Positions 7,982 through 17,891 of a stretch of DNA of 33,848 bases are shown here, one piece after another; position 1 is the stretch's first letter, and every line of letters starts with the position of its first letter. The position numbers were made by a program, and so were the translations under genes. Source of the DNA: Hanamia sp. Its GTDB lineage: Bacteria > Bacteroidota > Bacteroidia > Chitinophagales > Chitinophagaceae. The notes beneath the pieces are model-generated. The model made no database searches, had not been told where the DNA came from, and worked only from the letters and a program-made list of their open reading frames with translations. The stretch spans positions 1-33,848 of the forward strand of contig DATILZ010000239.1 of assembly GCA_035475995.1 (NCBI GenBank). The letters run 5' to 3'.

Positions 7982-10900
7982 TTATTGTGTTTTATCATGT
8001 ACCTGTGTATCTCTTTTCGGAGGAGGCATATTAATGATTGAACTTCCTTTTTCCGGAGAAACAACTTGCGCCGGTTTTAGAAAATATTGCTCCATTCCCT
8101 GTACCTGTTGTAATAATTGTTGCACGATCTGGTTTTCATAAGCCAATCCCTGCTGCTGGTTGTCATTAAGGCTGTTGAAATACATGATCTGTTGTTCCAG
8201 GTCTGTGCGTAATGCGTCAGAAACTTTTTTGGCTAAAACAGTATCTCCGGATTTGTAAGCTGCTAATAAAAATTGACCTGAGATCTGATCCTGTTGTTGC
8301 CTTCGTGAAGCCATTCCATAAGGGAAATTTTCCTGCAACATATTTTTATCACATCTCCCCAAAAGCTGTCTCGCTTCAGCCATTTTTCCATGATCAGCAA
8401 GATCGTTCGCAACTTGTGCATATTGCATTCTAATCGTATTCAAATGTCTCCTGTTTTCTTCATCAAAATAAACACCCGGAACATTTGCGTTTCCAAAGCC
8501 AAATTTTTTCATCATTACATCGTATGCCCATGTATCATTTACTTCACTATTTTTTACCGGAACCAATCTATAAGTAAGGCCGTCGGTTCTTAAATACTGC
8601 TGGAAGCCCAAATCTCCGTAAGGTGAAGTAAAATAAATAGGACGTTTCCAGTTATTAGCGGCAATAATATTGAGGATTGCGCTTTCATTTTTCATCAATG
8701 CGTTTTTCGGTATTGTAAAATCTACTTCACTCACTACACTGTCACCAGGATTTACAGTTCCGTTTTCCCTTACCAGGTTTGTATCTACTGGTACTTTTAC
8801 ATTTTTTGTAGGAAACACATTTAGAAAGTCTGAGCCATTCTGATACATTCTTGTAGGATCATCACTTCCTGCATAATCTTTCATCATCGTATAAAGATCC
8901 ATTGGTTTTGTCTGATCCACTTTTGCTCCCGGAAGATCGGGGAAATAATAAATCGCATCCCTGTTGCTTCCGATTATTTGTTCCGGGCTCCAGATAACCG
9001 GTATCGGCGCACTTTTATTTACTGCATAACGAAGCTGGTTAATGTACCAATCTGTACCAAGTAAACTTGAATTAATTACGCGGATATCTCTTCTGATTCC
9101 CAGCACTTCCTGATCGAACCAAAGCGGGTAAGTATCGTTATCTCCGAATGTAATCAGAATGGCATTTGGTGCACAGCTTTGCAAATAATCAAGCGCTAAA
9201 TCCCTTGGTAACGTTTTGTGGCTACGGTCGTGGTCATTCCATTCCTGGCTGGCCATCAGTACCGGAACAGCAAGTAAACATAAAGCTCCGGCCACATAAT
9301 TGGCCGTTCTGGTGTTCATATATTTTTCAAAAAGCTCTTTTACATACATCACCCCAAGACCTATCCAAATTGCGAAAGCATAAAAAGAACCCACGTAAGC
9401 ATAATCCCTTTCACGCGGCTGATTGCCGGCCTGGTTCAGATAAAAAACAATGGCAATTCCTGTAAAGAAAAATAATAAAAATACAACCAGTGTATCCCGT
9501 TTATCTTTTTTATATTGATAAATAAGGCCGAGAATCCCGAGCAACAAAGGCAAGCAGAACAGCTTATTGTTGGCTTTATTGTGCTTAAGCGTATCAGGCA
9601 TTTTACTTTGATCGCCCAGCCTTGCGGTATCCCAAAACGAAATTCCGGTAAGCCAGTTTCCATCTCTTACATTCCCCATATCTATTCCCTGTAAATCATT
9701 TTGCTTTCCGGCAAAATTCCACATGAAATAACGGAAATACATCCAGTTGAGCTGGTAGCCAAAAAAGAAACTTATATTATCGGCCATCGTTGGTTTGGAA
9801 TAATATTTCCCCGTTTTGGGATCCTTCCCGATTCCTGCAAAGTTTGCATAATAGTCAGCATGTCCCTGGTCGTTACTTGCATCCCACATTCTTGGGAAAA
9901 AATGAAGGTCAGAAGGATCATAAACTGTCTCTACTTTCTTCCCCTTCTTTTCATATTTATGCGTTCCTTTTACATAAGTATCTACATATTTCTGATCAGT
10001 TGGTTCATCAGTAAAATCCTGCCCTTTTAATATCGGCCAGTCGCCATATTGTTCGCGGCTCAGGTATCCTTCAAGACTCAACGGATTATCTACATTGAAC
10101 ATGTCAATTGCCGGGTCTGCCAGAGAGCGGATCATGGTAGTGAAATAAGTTGAAAATCCAAGAATTACAAATGCAAAAGCCCACATCGCAAGTCTTAAAA
10201 AATTCCAGTTCTTTTTCTTTGCCAGCTGAAGTAAAAGAAAAATAATAAAGGCAAGCAAAACAAAGAAAAAAGTAAAGCCCGTGAAGAAAGGCGCACCAAA
10301 GCTGTTGGTAAATAAAATATCAAAATCAGAAGCCAGTTTTATGGTCCATTGAATCATGGGAACCTGTACAATTCCTGTAATAATGCACGCTGCCACAAAA
10401 GCCCAAACTGTGCCCCATTTGGTCACTTTGTAACGCTTGAAATAATAAACCATTACAATAGCAGGAATAGTAAGAATCGGCAATAAATGTACGCCTACTG
10501 CAAGTCCTATCATATAGAAAATCAAAATCAACCACTTATCTGCAGGAGTAAAATTACCTTTAAATCCTTTTAATTTATCATTGGTAACTGCTTGTTCCCA
10601 TTTGAGCACGAGCCAAAAAACGATAGCTGTAAAAAAGGAAGAACTTGCATAAACTTCTGATTCTACAGCACTGTACCAAAATGAATCACTAAAAGTGTAG
10701 GCAAGAGCGCCAACGGCTCCTGCAGCCATTATGGTAAAAATCTGGTTAGAAGTTAATGGATTGATATTGTTTTTTTCATAAATCTTGCGGGCAAAATGAG
10801 TGATGCTCCAAAACAAAAATAAAATAGTGAAGCCGCTCATTAAAGCACTCATGCTATTCAAACCCAGAATCGCATTATTCGGATTGGAAAAAGGCATCAT

Positions 10901-11089
10901 GAAAAGCCTTCCAAGCATGATAAATAACGGCGCTCCCGGAGGATGCGGAATCTGAAGTTTGTAAGCGCTGGAAGCAAATTCACCGCAGTCCCAAAAACTA
11001 CCGGTGGCCTCCATTGTAGATAAATAAACGATACAGGCAATAATACATATTACCCATCCTGTAATGTTGTTGACGCGTTTATAGCTCAT
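7982..11089 (-). CDS. DUF2723 (TMEM260-like) polytopic membrane protein, putative GT-C glycosyltransferase
   Basis: SFWDCGEF, HPPGAP, ESEVY, RERDY and GDNDTYPLW motifs; many TM helices; 1035 aa. Confidence 0.88.
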   Translation of the reverse strand: MSYKRVNNITGWVICIIACIVYLSTMEATGSFWDCGEFASSAYKLQIPHPPGAPLFIMLGRLFMMPFSNPNNAILGLNSMSALMSGFTILFLFWSITHFARKIYEKNNINPLTSNQIFTIMAAGAVGALAYTFSDSFWYSAVESEVYASSSFFTAIVFWLVLKWEQAVTNDKLKGFKGNFTPADKWLILIFYMIGLAVGVHLLPILTIPAIVMVYYFKRYKVTKWGTVWAFVAACIITGIVQVPMIQWTIKLASDFDILFTNSFGAPFFTGFTFFFVLLAFIIFLLLQLAKKKNWNFLRLAMWAFAFVILGFSTYFTTMIRSLADPAIDMFNVDNPLSLEGYLSREQYGDWPILKGQDFTDEPTDQKYVDTYVKGTHKYEKKGKKVETVYDPSDLHFFPRMWDASNDQGHADYYANFAGIGKDPKTGKYYSKPTMADNISFFFGYQLNWMYFRYFMWNFAGKQNDLQGIDMGNVRDGNWLTGISFWDTARLGDQSKMPDTLKHNKANNKLFCLPLLLGILGLIYQYKKDKRDTLVVFLLFFFTGIAIVFYLNQAGNQPRERDYAYVGSFYAFAIWIGLGVMYVKELFEKYMNTRTANYVAGALCLLAVPVLMASQEWNDHDRSHKTLPRDLALDYLQSCAPNAILITFGDNDTYPLWFDQEVLGIRRDIRVINSSLLGTDWYINQLRYAVNKSAPIPVIWSPEQIIGSNRDAIYYFPDLPGAKVDQTKPMDLYTMMKDYAGSDDPTRMYQNGSDFLNVFPTKNVKVPVDTNLVRENGTVNPGDSVVSEVDFTIPKNALMKNESAILNIIAANNWKRPIYFTSPYGDLGFQQYLRTDGLTYRLVPVKNSEVNDTWAYDVMMKKFGFGNANVPGVYFDEENRRHLNTIRMQYAQVANDLADHGKMAEARQLLGRCDKNMLQENFPYGMASRRQQQDQISGQFLLAAYKSGDTVLAKKVSDALRTDLEQQIMYFNSLNDNQQQGLAYENQIVQQLLQQVQGMEQYFLKPAQVVSPEKGSSIINMPPPKRDTQVHDKTQ

Positions 11090-11114
11090 ATTTTGGATTT
11101 AAGGAAAGAAGGGG

Positions 11115-11122
11115 CAAATATA
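11115..11122 (-). promoter_or_regulatory. -7 element (TATATTTG) for DUF2723
   Basis: Exact TAnnTTTG match 25 nt upstream of the ATG. Confidence 0.6.
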
Positions 11123-11172
11123 AAGCTATGATTCGTACATTTCTATTGCCTTAATTTTTTTTATAAAAAGGA

Positions 11173-11221
11173 TTGTTAATTTGTTTTTGTTTGTCTTTCT
11201 CTAATCGATAGCTTTCGCTTT
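11173..11221 (+). repeat. 49-bp direct repeat, copy 1
   Basis: TTGTTAATTTGTTTTTGTTTGTCT...TTTCGCTTT; 44/49 identical to 11576-11624, with the first 24 nt identical. Confidence 0.85.
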
Positions 11222-11398
11222 GCTTAGCAGATTTGTCAAATAACCTTTAGTCGAACAGAGACAAGTGTGCAGATTTGCAACAGCACAAGAAAAGATGGAG
11301 TTGCTTTAATGGTTGATTGAATTATATTTGAAAGGCACCTTCTTGTAATCTATGAGGTAATCTTTACGTAATTAAGACGAATATGCTTCGATTCATAG

Positions 11399-11451
11399 AT
11401 CGAAGAGGTATCGAAGAGGTATCGAAGAGATATCGAAGAGATATCGAAGGT
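11399..11451 (+). repeat. 11-bp tandem repeat (ATCGAAGAGRT) x4 plus one shortened unit
   Basis: ATCGAAGAGGT x2, ATCGAAGAGAT x2, ATCGAAGGT. Confidence 0.95.
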
Positions 11452-11575
11452 AGCTTTGAGATAATGAGCAGGTAGAAACATCCTTCGGTACATTCTGATC
11501 CTGTGCTTATTTGTTACTTATCAATCAACCTTAATGAGGAGCAGTCACAGATCTGGACACCTCTGCCGGCAAAGT

Positions 11576-11624
11576 TTGTTAATTTGTTTTTGTTTGTCTC
11601 TCTCCAATCTAAAGTTTTCGCTTT
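11576..11624 (+). repeat. 49-bp direct repeat, copy 2
   Basis: Offset 403 bp from copy 1; ungapped alignment with 5 mismatches. Confidence 0.85.
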
Positions 11625-11792
11625 AAAGCTTTATTGCACGTAAAAAACAACAGAGTATTATTTTCACAGAAAACCTAAATTTTATTTTTGTCGCTGCTTC
11701 ATTTAATTTTGATTTTTAATTTTCATTTTAAGAATATCAAACCGAAATAATTTGGTAAATTCTTTTCTCTAAAAAACAGGGTTTAAATTTCA

Positions 11793-12680
11793 TTGAAAAA
11801 AGCATTCCTTCAACTTCATTTCGCTGTAATACTTGCCGGGTTTACCGCTATTTTAGGAAAACTGATTACGTTAAATGAAGGCCTTTTAACGGCTTACCGG
11901 ATGCTATTGACTGTTGTAATTCTTGCAACAATTTTATTCTTCAGAAAACAATTAAAAAAATTATCCTGGAAAAACACGCTCACGCTATTTGGGGTAGGCG
12001 CCATCATTTCTTTACATTGGGTTAGCTTTTATGGAAGCATCAAATATTCCAATGTTTCTGTATCAGTTACCTGTTTATCCACTATTGGTTTTTTCACTTC
12101 TTTATTTGAACCATTAATCAGGAGAAGAAGGGTAGATTTTGTAGAAGTATTTCTCGGAATGCTGGCTATTGCCGGTGTTTATCTCATTTTTAATTTTTAT
12201 CCCGAATATAAAACCGGCATTATTTTCGGAATTATTTCAGCAATGCTCGCCTGTCTTTTTCCCATTCTTAATAAAACATTATTAAATAAATTTTCACCAA
12301 ATACTGTAACGCTTTATGAAATGAGCGGTGGTTTTATCGCCCTTTGTTTTATTCTTCCTGTTTATCTTCAGTTTTTTCCTGCCACCTATTTTATTCCTAC
12401 TTCTACAGATTGGCTGTGGTTACTAATTCTTGCCGGGGTTTGTACGGTTTTTGCTTTTAATTTAAGCTTGCAGGCACTGAAACATATTTCTGCATTTACC
12501 ACCAATCTTACTTACAATTTTGAACCGGTTTATTCTATCATTTTAGCCTTTATTATTTTTAAAGAAAATAAATTTTTAGGTGCCGGGTTTTATTTTGGAT
12601 TTGCCTTAATTCTTTTCGCTGTTTCGTTGCAAATGGTAAGAGTTTACCAGGAAAGAAAGAAGGGAAGAATACAACAGTAG
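11793..12680 (+). CDS. EamA/DMT family transporter
   Basis: About 10 TM helices in two repeats, HWVSFYGSIK and YNFEPVYSI motifs; TTG start; TATTTTTG promoter match at 11683-11690. Confidence 0.9.
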   Translation: MKKAFLQLHFAVILAGFTAILGKLITLNEGLLTAYRMLLTVVILATILFFRKQLKKLSWKNTLTLFGVGAIISLHWVSFYGSIKYSNVSVSVTCLSTIGFFTSLFEPLIRRRRVDFVEVFLGMLAIAGVYLIFNFYPEYKTGIIFGIISAMLACLFPILNKTLLNKFSPNTVTLYEMSGGFIALCFILPVYLQFFPATYFIPTSTDWLWLLILAGVCTVFAFNLSLQALKHISAFTTNLTYNFEPVYSIILAFIIFKENKFLGAGFYFGFALILFAVSLQMVRVYQERKKGRIQQ

Positions 12681-12796
12681 GTGGCTTGTCGAAAATAGAA
12701 AAACGGCTTATTTGCTGTTTACTATATAGTTAATAGTTATTTCAAAAATTTGAAAATTGTCAGAAGAAGGTGGTCATTTTTTCCGATTTGCGCCAT

Positions 12797-12843
12797 AAAC
12801 CAAGAAGGTTTCTTCGGGCACTGAAACAAAACCTTCCTGGTTT
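12797..12843. repeat. REP-like inverted repeat
   Basis: AAACCAAGAAGGTTT...AAACCTTCCTGGTTT, 15-bp arms with 1 mismatch and a 17-nt spacer; similar to 25211-25243. Confidence 0.65.
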
Positions 12844-12906
12844 CGCACAGTTTTCGCCTAAGTTTTATCTGCCAAGGTTATTTTACTTAATTTTAAGAAA
12901 ATATAA

Positions 12907-12939
12907 TTTGGACTGTAATTAGTGTTTAGCGTATCTTTG
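12907..12939 (+). promoter_or_regulatory. sigmaA promoter of rimP-nusA-infB (-33 TTTG, -7 TATCTTTG)
   Basis: TTTG at 12907-12910 and TATCTTTG at 12932-12939, with a 21-nt spacer. Confidence 0.75.
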
Positions 12940-12959
12940 CATTCGTAAAAGATTAGTGA

Positions 12960-12981
12960 AAGGGAACGGAAGCGTTCCCTT
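12960..12981 (+). promoter_or_regulatory. rimP-leader-type hairpin / attenuator
   Basis: AAGGGAACG-GAAG-CGTTCCCTT followed by a pyrimidine-rich tail, between the promoter and rimP; matches the position of the described rimP leader. Confidence 0.7.
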
Positions 12982-13010
12982 CTTCTATTTCTAAAAGAGA
13001 ACAAAGAATA

Positions 13011-13475
13011 ATGATTACAGAAACTGAGAAGATTGAAGAATTTGTAAAACAATTAATTGCAAAAACGGATGGTTTATTTCTGATAGAAGTAAAAAGCGCT
13101 CCGGGAAATAAAATTACCGTTTTACTGGATGGCGATAAAGGTGTTACCATCGAAAACTGTACCGCTGTTAATAAAGCTCTTTATAAATTTATTGAAGAAA
13201 CTGCACTTTTTGGAGATAACAACTTTTCATTGGAAGTTTCTTCATTCGGTATAGATAAACCACTGATATTATTAAGGCAATACAAAAAAAATATTGGGCG
13301 AAATGTAGAAGTGGTATTAACTGACGGCCAAAAAGAAGAAGGGAAACTGGTAGATGCAAATGAAGAACACATTAAGCTCGAACAAAAAACAGGTAAAGGA
13401 AATAAAATGATCACAAAAACAACAACAATATTATTTAATCAGATAAAGCACACAACCGTGCTGATAACTTTTTAA
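13011..13475 (+). CDS. rimP: Ribosome maturation factor RimP
   Basis: LDGDKGVTIENC and FSLEVSS.GIDKPL motifs; lies upstream of nusA. Confidence 0.95.
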   Translation: MITETEKIEEFVKQLIAKTDGLFLIEVKSAPGNKITVLLDGDKGVTIENCTAVNKALYKFIEETALFGDNNFSLEVSSFGIDKPLILLRQYKKNIGRNVEVVLTDGQKEEGKLVDANEEHIKLEQKTGKGNKMITKTTTILFNQIKHTTVLITF

Positions 13476-13484
13476 AATAACAAT

Positions 13485-14735
13485 ATGGCAAGTATTAATT
13501 TAATAGAATCCTTTCAGGAATTCAAAGACGCTGAAAACATTGACAGGCCTACCTTAATGAAGGTAATGGAAGATGTTTTTAAAACATTGATCCGCAAAAA
13601 ATATGGTTCCGATGAAAATTTTGACGTAATCGTTAATGACCAGAAAGGCGACCTGGAAATTTTCAGAAGGCGCACCATTGTTGATAACGACGATTTGTAT
13701 AATACGTTGACAGAAGTAGAATATAAAGATGCGATAAAAATAGAACCTGACTACCAGGTAGGTGAAGAATTATATGAAGAAGTAGATATTCAAAAAGAAT
13801 TTGGAAGAAGAGCTATTCTTGCCGGAAAGCAAACGCTGGCAAGTCGTATCAACGATTTGAAGAAAAACATTCTTATCAAAAAATACGAAGACCGGGTTGG
13901 TGATATTATCAGTGGTGAAGTCTATCAGGTTTGGAAAAAAGAAATTTTATTGCTGGATGAAGAAGGCAATGAAATGCTCCTTCCAAAATCAGAGCAAATT
14001 CCATCTGATTATTTTAAAAAAGGCGAAAACGTAAGAGCGGTTGTAAAAAAAGTAGAATTAAAAAATAACCAGGCAGTAATTATTGTTTCAAGAACAGATA
14101 ATTCTTTTCTGGCAAAATTATTGGAAATTGAAGTTCCTGAAATTTTTGACGGCCTTATCGTAATCAAGAAAATTGTGCGCGATCCGGGAGAAAGAGCAAA
14201 AGTGGCTGTTGAAAGTTTTGATGACCGTATTGATCCGGTTGGCGCTTGCGTGGGAATGAAAGGAAGCAGGATTCATGGCATCGTGCGTGAATTGAAAAAT
14301 GAAAATATTGATGTAATCAACTGGACAAATAATATTCAATTGCTTATTCAACGTTCGCTTACTCCCGCTAAAATAACCAACATGGATGTGGATATGGAAG
14401 CAAAACATGCAAGCGTATATTTAAAACCCGACCAGGTTTCACTGGCTATTGGCCGCCGGGGCGTAAATATCAAATTAGCATGCGAACTTACAGGCCTTGA
14501 AATAGATGTATTCCGTGATAATGAAGGTGAAGTAGAAGAATATGATGTGGATCTGGACGAATTTACAGATGAATTGGAAACATGGGTAATTGATGAATTA
14601 AAAAAGATTGGCTGTGATACAGCGAAAAGCGTGTTAGACTTGTCTAATGAAGAACTCGAACGCAGAACAGATCTTGAAAAAGAAACGATTGCCGAGATAA
14701 AGAAGATTCTAAACGAAGAATTTACAAATGAATAA
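13485..14735 (+). CDS. nusA: Transcription termination/antitermination factor NusA
   Basis: S1 and KH domains, EVPEI, RAKVAV, DPVGACVGMKGSRI and LAIGRRGVN motifs. Confidence 0.98.
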   Translation: MASINLIESFQEFKDAENIDRPTLMKVMEDVFKTLIRKKYGSDENFDVIVNDQKGDLEIFRRRTIVDNDDLYNTLTEVEYKDAIKIEPDYQVGEELYEEVDIQKEFGRRAILAGKQTLASRINDLKKNILIKKYEDRVGDIISGEVYQVWKKEILLLDEEGNEMLLPKSEQIPSDYFKKGENVRAVVKKVELKNNQAVIIVSRTDNSFLAKLLEIEVPEIFDGLIVIKKIVRDPGERAKVAVESFDDRIDPVGACVGMKGSRIHGIVRELKNENIDVINWTNNIQLLIQRSLTPAKITNMDVDMEAKHASVYLKPDQVSLAIGRRGVNIKLACELTGLEIDVFRDNEGEVEEYDVDLDEFTDELETWVIDELKKIGCDTAKSVLDLSNEELERRTDLEKETIAEIKKILNEEFTNE

Positions 14736-14810
14736 AACGAGTTATTTATTTGTTTACTATAAATAAAAAAATAAAAATTACCTCCTATAAATAGAGGTAG
14801 GGAAAGTTTA

Positions 14811-17711
14811 ATGGCAGAAATAAATACACCACGATTGATGGCTGCGGCCAAAGAGTTCAATATAGGAACCAATACCTTAATAGACTTTTTGGTATCAAAA
14901 AATTTTAGCAGCGATGATCTGAAGCCGAGTACAAAGCTATCGGAAGAGATGTACCGTGTACTGCAGGTTGAGTTTCAGCCCGATAAGGTAGCCAAACAAA
15001 AGGCAGAGCAAATTGATTTGCCTAAAAATACTCCGGCAGATAATAAGAAAAGAAAGGATGAGCAGGATCTTTCTTTTACTAAAAAAGAAACTGTAAAACC
15101 AGCCGTAAAAGAAGAAAAACCGGTAGAAGAACAGAAGCCTGAGCAAATAGTAGAAGAAATTATTGCAGAAAAAGTAGCTGAAATTCCACCGCAGGAAATT
15201 CCTGTTGTTGCTGAAATTACAGAAGAAAAAGAAGAACCTAAAGAAGAACCCGTAGCGCCGGAAGAGCCATCCAAACCAGAAGTAATTAAAATTGAAGCAC
15301 CGGAAGTAGAGGGTTTAAAAATAATTGACAAAATAGATTTAAGTGCCATAGATTCTTCTGTCAGGCCAAAAAAAGATTCGAAAAATAAAGAGCAAAAAGG
15401 AAAAGTAAAAGGAGTTATTAATAAAGAAACACCTGCTGAAAAGCCGGTAGAAGTTCCAACTCCAGCGCCGGCTCCACAGGGCCCGATTGCCGAGCCGGAA
15501 AAAGAAACTCCAGTGGTAATTACAAATATCAAAGCAGTAAAATTAGAAGGCCCAAAGATCATGGGCAAAATTGTGCTGCCGGTAAATAATGATACAAGGC
15601 CAAAACCAGCAGATGAAAGGCGCAAACGTAAGCGCATAATTGTAGAAAAGAAACCATCTGGCAATCACCAGCCGGGAACGCAACAGGGCAATCACCAGCC
15701 TCATACCAATGCTCCAAGACCACATGGCGGCCAAAACCGGCCTGCAGGACCTGGACAGGGAGCTGGAAGATTTAACCGGAACGCACCTCAGACAAGACGT
15801 GAAGAGAAAGAAATTGATCAAAAAGAAATCCAGGATAAGATCAGGGAAACACAAGCTAAGCTTGCGGGTACCGGTGGAAGGGGAAAAAGTCTGAAAGCCA
15901 AATACCGTAAACAAAAAAGAGAAGAAGCAGCAGAAAACGTAGGTGAAGAGGTAGCAGATAATAAATTGCTGGTAACTGAATTTATATCAGTAAGTGAATT
16001 TGCGAATTTAATGGATGTAAGTTTTGCGGATGTGATCAGCAAATGTATGAGCCTTGGAATCATGGTTTCTATCAACCAGCGACTGGAAGCTGATGTAATA
16101 GAACTGGTAGCCAGTGAGTTTAATTATGAAGTAGAATTTATTGATATAGATGATCAGCAGGATATGGAGGAAGAAGAGGAAGAAGACAATGAAGAAGATA
16201 TGATTCCACGTTCTCCAATCGTAACGATAATGGGTCACGTAGATCATGGTAAAACGTCATTACTCGATTATATACGTCATGCAAATGTAATTGCCGGTGA
16301 AGCTGGCGGAATCACCCAACATATTGGCGCTTATGAAGTTACCGTAAAAAATGGTCGAGCAATTACCTTCCTGGATACGCCTGGCCACGAAGCTTTTACC
16401 GCAATGCGTGCAAGAGGTGCAAAAGTTACTGATATTGCGGTGATTGTAATCGCTGCAGATGATGCGGTGATGCCACAAACAAAAGAAGCCATTTCGCATG
16501 CTCAGGCAGCAAACGTACCCATGGTATTTGCCTTAAACAAAATGGATAAAGAAGGCGCTAATCCCGAAAAGATAAAAGAACAACTGGCAGGGATGAATAT
16601 ATTGGTGGAAGATTGGGGTGGAAATTTTCAAAGCCAGGAAATCAGCGCCAAACAAGGATTGAATGTAGATGAACTGTTGGATAAGGTTTTATTAGAATCC
16701 GATTTGTTGGAATTAAAAGCCAATCCTGCGAAGGCGGCGAGTGGAACAGTGATAGAAGCGTCGTTGGATAAAGGACGTGGATATGTGGCAACTATTTTAG
16801 TTCAAAATGGAACTTTAAGGCAAGGTGACCTGTTGGTTTCAGGACAGCATTATGGCCGTATAAAAGCAATGTTTAATGAACGGAATCAGCGCGTAACAGT
16901 AGCTCCCCCGTCAACTCCCGTATTGATATTGGGATTGAATGGTGCTCCGCAGGCTGGTGAAACTTTCAAAGTTTTTGAAGACGAATCTGAAGCAAAAGAA
17001 ACTGCCAACAGAAGAGCCCAAATAATGCGCGAGCAAGGTATTCGTGCTAAAAAACATATTACACTTGATGAAATCGGCCGTCGTTTGGCATTGGGTAATT
17101 TCAAACAATTAAATCTCCTTATCCGTGCTGATGTGGATGGTTCGGTAGAAGCATTGAGCGATTCATTGCAAAAATTAAGCACTGAAGAAATCGCAGTAAG
17201 CGTTGTTCACCAGGGTGTAGGACAAATAACAGAAACTGACGTAATGCTCGCGACCGCATCTGATGCAGTTATCATTGGATTTAATGTTCGTCCATCTTTG
17301 CAGGCATCCAAAATTGCAGAACATGAGGGTGTGGAAATAAAAACTTATTCTATCATTTATGATGCGATAGACGAAGTGAAGAGCGCAATGGAAGGAATGC
17401 TCGAACCTAAGATCCAGGAAAAAGTGTTGGGTATTGCTGAAATAAAGGAAACTTACAAATTTGATAAAGCAACCGTTGCAGGTTGTATGGTAGTGGAAGG
17501 TAAAATTGCCAGAAACAACCGAATCCGCCTTGTGAGAGATGGCATCATTATTCATACCGGTGAACTGGGCAGTCTCAAACGCTTTAAAGATGATGTAAAA
17601 GAAGTAACCAATAATATGGAATGTGGTATGATCGTAAAAAATTATAACGATCTGAAACAGGGCGATCTGATTGAAGCTTTTGAAGAAATCGAAGTGAAGA
17701 GAACGCTGTAA
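14811..17711 (+). CDS. infB: Translation initiation factor IF-2
   Basis: [32 protein letters not shown] and SLKRFKDDV motifs. Confidence 0.99.
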   Translation: MAEINTPRLMAAAKEFNIGTNTLIDFLVSKNFSSDDLKPSTKLSEEMYRVLQVEFQPDKVAKQKAEQIDLPKNTPADNKKRKDEQDLSFTKKETVKPAVKEEKPVEEQKPEQIVEEIIAEKVAEIPPQEIPVVAEITEEKEEPKEEPVAPEEPSKPEVIKIEAPEVEGLKIIDKIDLSAIDSSVRPKKDSKNKEQKGKVKGVINKETPAEKPVEVPTPAPAPQGPIAEPEKETPVVITNIKAVKLEGPKIMGKIVLPVNNDTRPKPADERRKRKRIIVEKKPSGNHQPGTQQGNHQPHTNAPRPHGGQNRPAGPGQGAGRFNRNAPQTRREEKEIDQKEIQDKIRETQAKLAGTGGRGKSLKAKYRKQKREEAAENVGEEVADNKLLVTEFISVSEFANLMDVSFADVISKCMSLGIMVSINQRLEADVIELVASEFNYEVEFIDIDDQQDMEEEEEEDNEEDMIPRSPIVTIMGHVDHGKTSLLDYIRHANVIAGEAGGITQHIGAYEVTVKNGRAITFLDTPGHEAFTAMRARGAKVTDIAVIVIAADDAVMPQTKEAISHAQAANVPMVFALNKMDKEGANPEKIKEQLAGMNILVEDWGGNFQSQEISAKQGLNVDELLDKVLLESDLLELKANPAKAASGTVIEASLDKGRGYVATILVQNGTLRQGDLLVSGQHYGRIKAMFNERNQRVTVAPPSTPVLILGLNGAPQAGETFKVFEDESEAKETANRRAQIMREQGIRAKKHITLDEIGRRLALGNFKQLNLLIRADVDGSVEALSDSLQKLSTEEIAVSVVHQGVGQITETDVMLATASDAVIIGFNVRPSLQASKIAEHEGVEIKTYSIIYDAIDEVKSAMEGMLEPKIQEKVLGIAEIKETYKFDKATVAGCMVVEGKIARNNRIRLVRDGIIIHTGELGSLKRFKDDVKEVTNNMECGMIVKNYNDLKQGDLIEAFEEIEVKRTL

Positions 17712-17891
17712 GAATTGGGTTTAGATTCGTTTACATTGTTTAGATGAAAGTTTAGGTTCTTTATTGCAAACTTCTTTAACAAAAGCACGTCAACTTTTAA
17801 CTTTCCAAAAAAATAACTCCGGTTTTACAGCTGTATTTTTGACCCAATATTTATAAAAGTATTTCCCGGCAATTTCAAATCAAAAAATTCG

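Noticed and set aside
11383-11475. 30-aa ORF across the 11-bp array (MLRFIDRRGIEEV...)
   Set aside because: The repeat period is not a multiple of 3 and the openness is explained by the stop-free repeat unit.
11173-11624. CRISPR array interpretation of the direct and tandem repeats
   Set aside because: Only two long repeats about 400 bp apart, the 11-bp units have no spacers, and there are no cas genes.
15660-15700. Duplicated GGCAATCACCAGCC (GNHQP x2) in infB
   Set aside because: Ordinary in-frame micro-duplication in the low-complexity IF-2 N-terminal linker.
14348-17555. Long antisense ORFs over nusA/infB (e.g. 229 aa, 174 aa)
   Set aside because: Shadow frames of strongly conserved genes with no recognisable motifs; the same applies to the other short overlapping ORFs in the track.
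17712-17891. Absence of rbfA/truB after infB
   Set aside because: As far as I recall, rimP-nusA-infB without rbfA is the usual arrangement in Bacteroidota.
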